Assembly (NCBI GenBank): GCA_977017575.1
Contig: CDRNVI010000043.1
Span: 372,001 to 436,000 of the forward strand
DNA from: Paramoeba atlantica
Taxonomy: Eukaryota; Protista; Discosea
Reading direction: 5' to 3'
DNA length: 64,000 nt
A program made the position numbers and the translations under genes. This document shows, piece after piece, positions 61,139 to 64,000 of this stretch (position 1 is the stretch's first letter; each line of letters begins with the position of its first letter). The notes under the pieces are model-generated. The model was given only the letters and a program-made list of their open reading frames with translations, did not search any database and was not told the DNA's origin.

Positions 61139-63058
61139 TTAAGACGAAAAATAGCCATTGGAATGCGCGTATGACACAAGTCTTTCCAATAAAACAGAGC
61201 TGTGCATGGGAATCGTTGAAGCAAGGAATCTTCCGTATGCTGGAGCACTGTTTGCGTTTCCTGCAGTATAGAAGGGCGCGGGTCCATCGCAGACTGCAAA
61301 CTGTATGAGTCTTTTATCGCGTGCCTTGGTCTCATGTTTGGTTTCAGTGAAATTAGTGGTTTCCTCAGTGCGACATTTCTTCGACACAGGTTCTAACCTT
61401 TGTACGATAAAATGGGTCATATGTTGATTGACAACTGGACGCACGCCAGACAACCCAGTGCGGAATGCACTACTAATTTTCATGCAATTCTCTGCATTGA
61501 TCCCAGATACCAGACCATCATCATTTACGCCCATGAATAAGATACCTCCGTAGGTGTTCAGAAAAGATGTTGCATACGTACATGCTCGTTGAACATGTAC
61601 TCTTAGGATCTTTGAGGTACATGTATCATCAATGGAAGGTGATTTTTCGCGAGTACCCGCGTCGGTTTTATGAAGCTCGTTTTCATTGGAGGCACTGCTA
61701 GATTTAAATTCCCGAAAAGACGTTTCGAAAGACTGGTTACCGTTGAGCTGGTCACCTACTCTGAGTACAGTCGTCTGCCGCGAGACCAGTTTCAGTAATT
61801 TTTGCTTGCAAAGTTTACCTGAAACAGAAAAAGCTGTGCGCGTCCGATTATTCATATTGCTAACAATGCCTGCTATGCATTTAGTAATGTCCATATTTTG
61901 TGGAAGTCCGCTAGTTTTTTCGCGTATCGAAGATGAGGAAGTTGCATTTATTGGCAGGGTATTCTCGGTCTCACCAATTCGGCTCATGTTGTTTAACATC
62001 GCAAGTTTTTGTATCTGTCTCAGTGTAGAAGACAGAGAAGGGGGCGTGTACAATACATGTAATTGGAGTTCGTGCAACCGTATACAGACGTTCGGGAGGA
62101 CACATTCGCTTTCTTTGCGAGCAGCGTCGTTCGATGTAAAATTTAATGCATCTAGAGGAGTTTCCTGTTGAAAGTTCGAAAAAGCGCCTATTCCGCATTC
62201 TACAACTACGTTGTAAAGTGGACAACGCGGTTTCTTCGTAGTGTTTTTCCAATTGCACGCATAAGCTGCTTGCAATGCCCGGCTTCCCCCTACCCGAATC
62301 AGTGAAGTTGTATCCAAGTGATAGCTCATTTGGCTGAAAGTGCTGTATTCAAGATTTGTGTAGATTTCCGAAGCGAGCTTGTGGTTTTTTGCGGGAGTTC
62401 GTATGTAGCCGACAGTCACAAGACTTTTTTGTTTTCTGTTCCGGACAGCTAAAAACCAGCGATACATTTTACACGGTGAGTACGTTGTGCATCCTTCGTC
62501 GGGACAGATGGCAACAACGGTTAGGCACAACAGCACATAATTTCCCCACTGAGATTCGCGACCAAGAAACTGTTTACCGGGATGCATAAGAGTCCGAAGT
62601 ACTGGAATGGCAAACAGTTGGAGTATTCTACCAAATTGCGCGCTCCTGGTACAATTTACATCCGCAGAATCCAATGTATTGAGTCTATGCTCGTTGTCTA
62701 TAGTATAAATTATCCTATCAAACGCGCTACATCGCATCAGATTCGGATAATATTCAGCTAATGAATTCTGTATGCGAAGCCGAAGAATAATTTCGTATCC
62801 TTCCGTCTTCCTTTCATAGTCTTCTGGAAAAATCTCCTGAATATTTCTGGGATCTGTAGGAGGCACGATTTGCTCTGTGAGCAAAGCATCAATGTAGATA
62901 CAATAACTATCCCGCAGTGCACGCCAATCCGGAGAGGTGTACGAACTAATACGAATTATGTCTAGGACGCCTCCGTTCGGTGTGTTTAGCAAAGCGCATA
63001 TGTATGCAGTAGTTTGACGAATATTTTCCGCTTCGACCAAAAAATGCGATCGAGACAT
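61139..63058 (-). CDS. Schlafen/AlbA_2-domain protein
   Basis: N-lobe-like YICALLNTPNGGVL; C-lobe ETSFREFKS and YATSFLNTYGGILFMGVNDDGLVSGI. Confidence 0.75.
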   Translation of the reverse strand: MSRSHFLVEAENIRQTTAYICALLNTPNGGVLDIIRISSYTSPDWRALRDSYCIYIDALLTEQIVPPTDPRNIQEIFPEDYERKTEGYEIILRLRIQNSLAEYYPNLMRCSAFDRIIYTIDNEHRLNTLDSADVNCTRSAQFGRILQLFAIPVLRTLMHPGKQFLGRESQWGNYVLLCLTVVAICPDEGCTTYSPCKMYRWFLAVRNRKQKSLVTVGYIRTPAKNHKLASEIYTNLEYSTFSQMSYHLDTTSLIRVGGSRALQAAYACNWKNTTKKPRCPLYNVVVECGIGAFSNFQQETPLDALNFTSNDAARKESECVLPNVCIRLHELQLHVLYTPPSLSSTLRQIQKLAMLNNMSRIGETENTLPINATSSSSIREKTSGLPQNMDITKCIAGIVSNMNNRTRTAFSVSGKLCKQKLLKLVSRQTTVLRVGDQLNGNQSFETSFREFKSSSASNENELHKTDAGTREKSPSIDDTCTSKILRVHVQRACTYATSFLNTYGGILFMGVNDDGLVSGINAENCMKISSAFRTGLSGVRPVVNQHMTHFIVQRLEPVSKKCRTEETTNFTETKHETKARDKRLIQFAVCDGPAPFYTAGNANSAPAYGRFLASTIPMHSSVLLERLVSYAHSNGYFSS

Positions 63059-63653
63059 TTCTCAGTAATCGTTACCTCTTTAATCAGAGAGCGCTAGTGA
63101 GCTTTGCGTCTTAAGCCAATGTTGCGTCACAAATCATCCGAGGATAAACGGTGTCACGTAAAAAAATTCATTAAAAAAATATCCATTATTCATTCAAAAA
63201 AATATCCATTATGATCTACAAAGCATGTTTATGTGAAATTTCTATGCGAAACACCAGCACAATACATAAAAATGATGCGACTAAAGTAATGTAGTAATGC
63301 CATGAAGTATTTCTGAGAAATACAAGAAATTTTATTCCGAGAAAGATCTTCCCGGACGAAATGTTCAACGGTTTTTAAAACTACTGACATTTAGAGCTAC
63401 TGTATATCGCCTATTCCTCTAAAGCACCATATACATGATGCACATGTTCGCAAAAAAGAGAATTTTGTACAAAACAAAGAGTAACAAATTCTTCATAAAG
63501 CAGCAACGCCCAATTATCGCCGTTGGCTTGCTAATCAATCTAAAGCAACAATGATTTTGGTGTCCCCTTTTTCTGTAACAATCTTTTCTGTAGCAAATAC
63601 GTCGCCCACGTATTACACAACCATGCAAGAGCCCAATAATTAAGCAAGTACTC

Positions 63654-64000
63654 TTACTCAACAGGTGAAGATCGGGGCTCAAGAGGGGGGGACCATGCAG
63701 GTGTCCGCCGATTCATAATTTGGCTTTCACCAGGGCTGTTGCTCCCAGGCGTGGTCATACCTCCTCGCGTTATTACGCCAGTCAAATGTCCTTCAAGAGT
63801 CGACGTAACAAACTGAAAAGCCTCTTCTACACTGTCCGTAAAGCAAATGTCGTCAATGTCGTCCTGTGAAATGGTTCCAAGATCTGCAAGCGCTTGCCAA
63901 TTCAACACTGTCTTCCAGTAGGACGCCCCAAAAAGAACAATGGGCATTCTCTTTACCTTCCCTGTCTGCTTTAACGTTAGCATTTCGAAGAGCTCATCAA
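63654..64000 (-). CDS. LOG-family nucleotide phosphoribohydrolase, 3' part only (truncated by window)
   Basis: DELFEMLTLKQTGKVKRMPIVLFGASYWKTVLNW...FTDSVEEAF is the C-terminal part of the PGGxGTxDE motif region. Confidence 0.85.
   Translation of the reverse strand, partial: DELFEMLTLKQTGKVKRMPIVLFGASYWKTVLNWQALADLGTISQDDIDDICFTDSVEEAFQFVTSTLEGHLTGVITRGGMTTPGSNSPGESQIMNRRTPAWSPPLEPRSSPVE

Noticed and set aside
53337-64000. DCAF1-MUS81-Schlafen-LOG as a functional defence cluster
   Set aside because: Gene order in kinetoplastid polycistronic clusters is generally not functional, and MUS81 and DCAF1 are housekeeping genes; there is no sequence evidence of co-regulation or co-transfer.

Overview
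A eukaryotic, intron-free, gene-dense window in which every supportable host gene lies on the minus strand, i.e. one unidirectional (polycistronic-type) cluster. That organisation, the pyrimidine-rich tracts ahead of several starts and the kinetoplastid-like V-ATPase B sequence point to a kinetoplastid. A reduced prokinetoplastid such as Perkinsela is plausible, but that is inference only. Housekeeping genes include V-ATPase B, proteasome beta2, Nup35-like, NIF3, SF3B2, DTD1, SKIP, XPD, NAP1, CCT6, CBF5, an exosome RNase-PH subunit, RRP17, DCAF1-like, MUS81 and a partial LOG. The exceptional part is about 3.7-15.1 kb. Two paralogous receptor-like kinases (Kelch ectodomain, transmembrane helix, STE11/MAP3K-type kinase) flank a 5-kb island with no supportable host gene. 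The island is packed with DNA-transposon relics and ends in a full-length but decayed bacterial IS30-family insertion sequence (HTH + D-D33-E transposase, 2 frameshifts, 2 stops, terminal IRs). The outer end of that IS overlaps the stop codon of one kinase. Other oddities are a Schlafen-like protein with both core lobes and an intact ExxxxExK motif, a TruA homologue lacking the catalytic Asp, a degenerate kinesin, and sharp GC-rich islands inside conserved genes. All assignments are by eye from motifs; no database searches were run.
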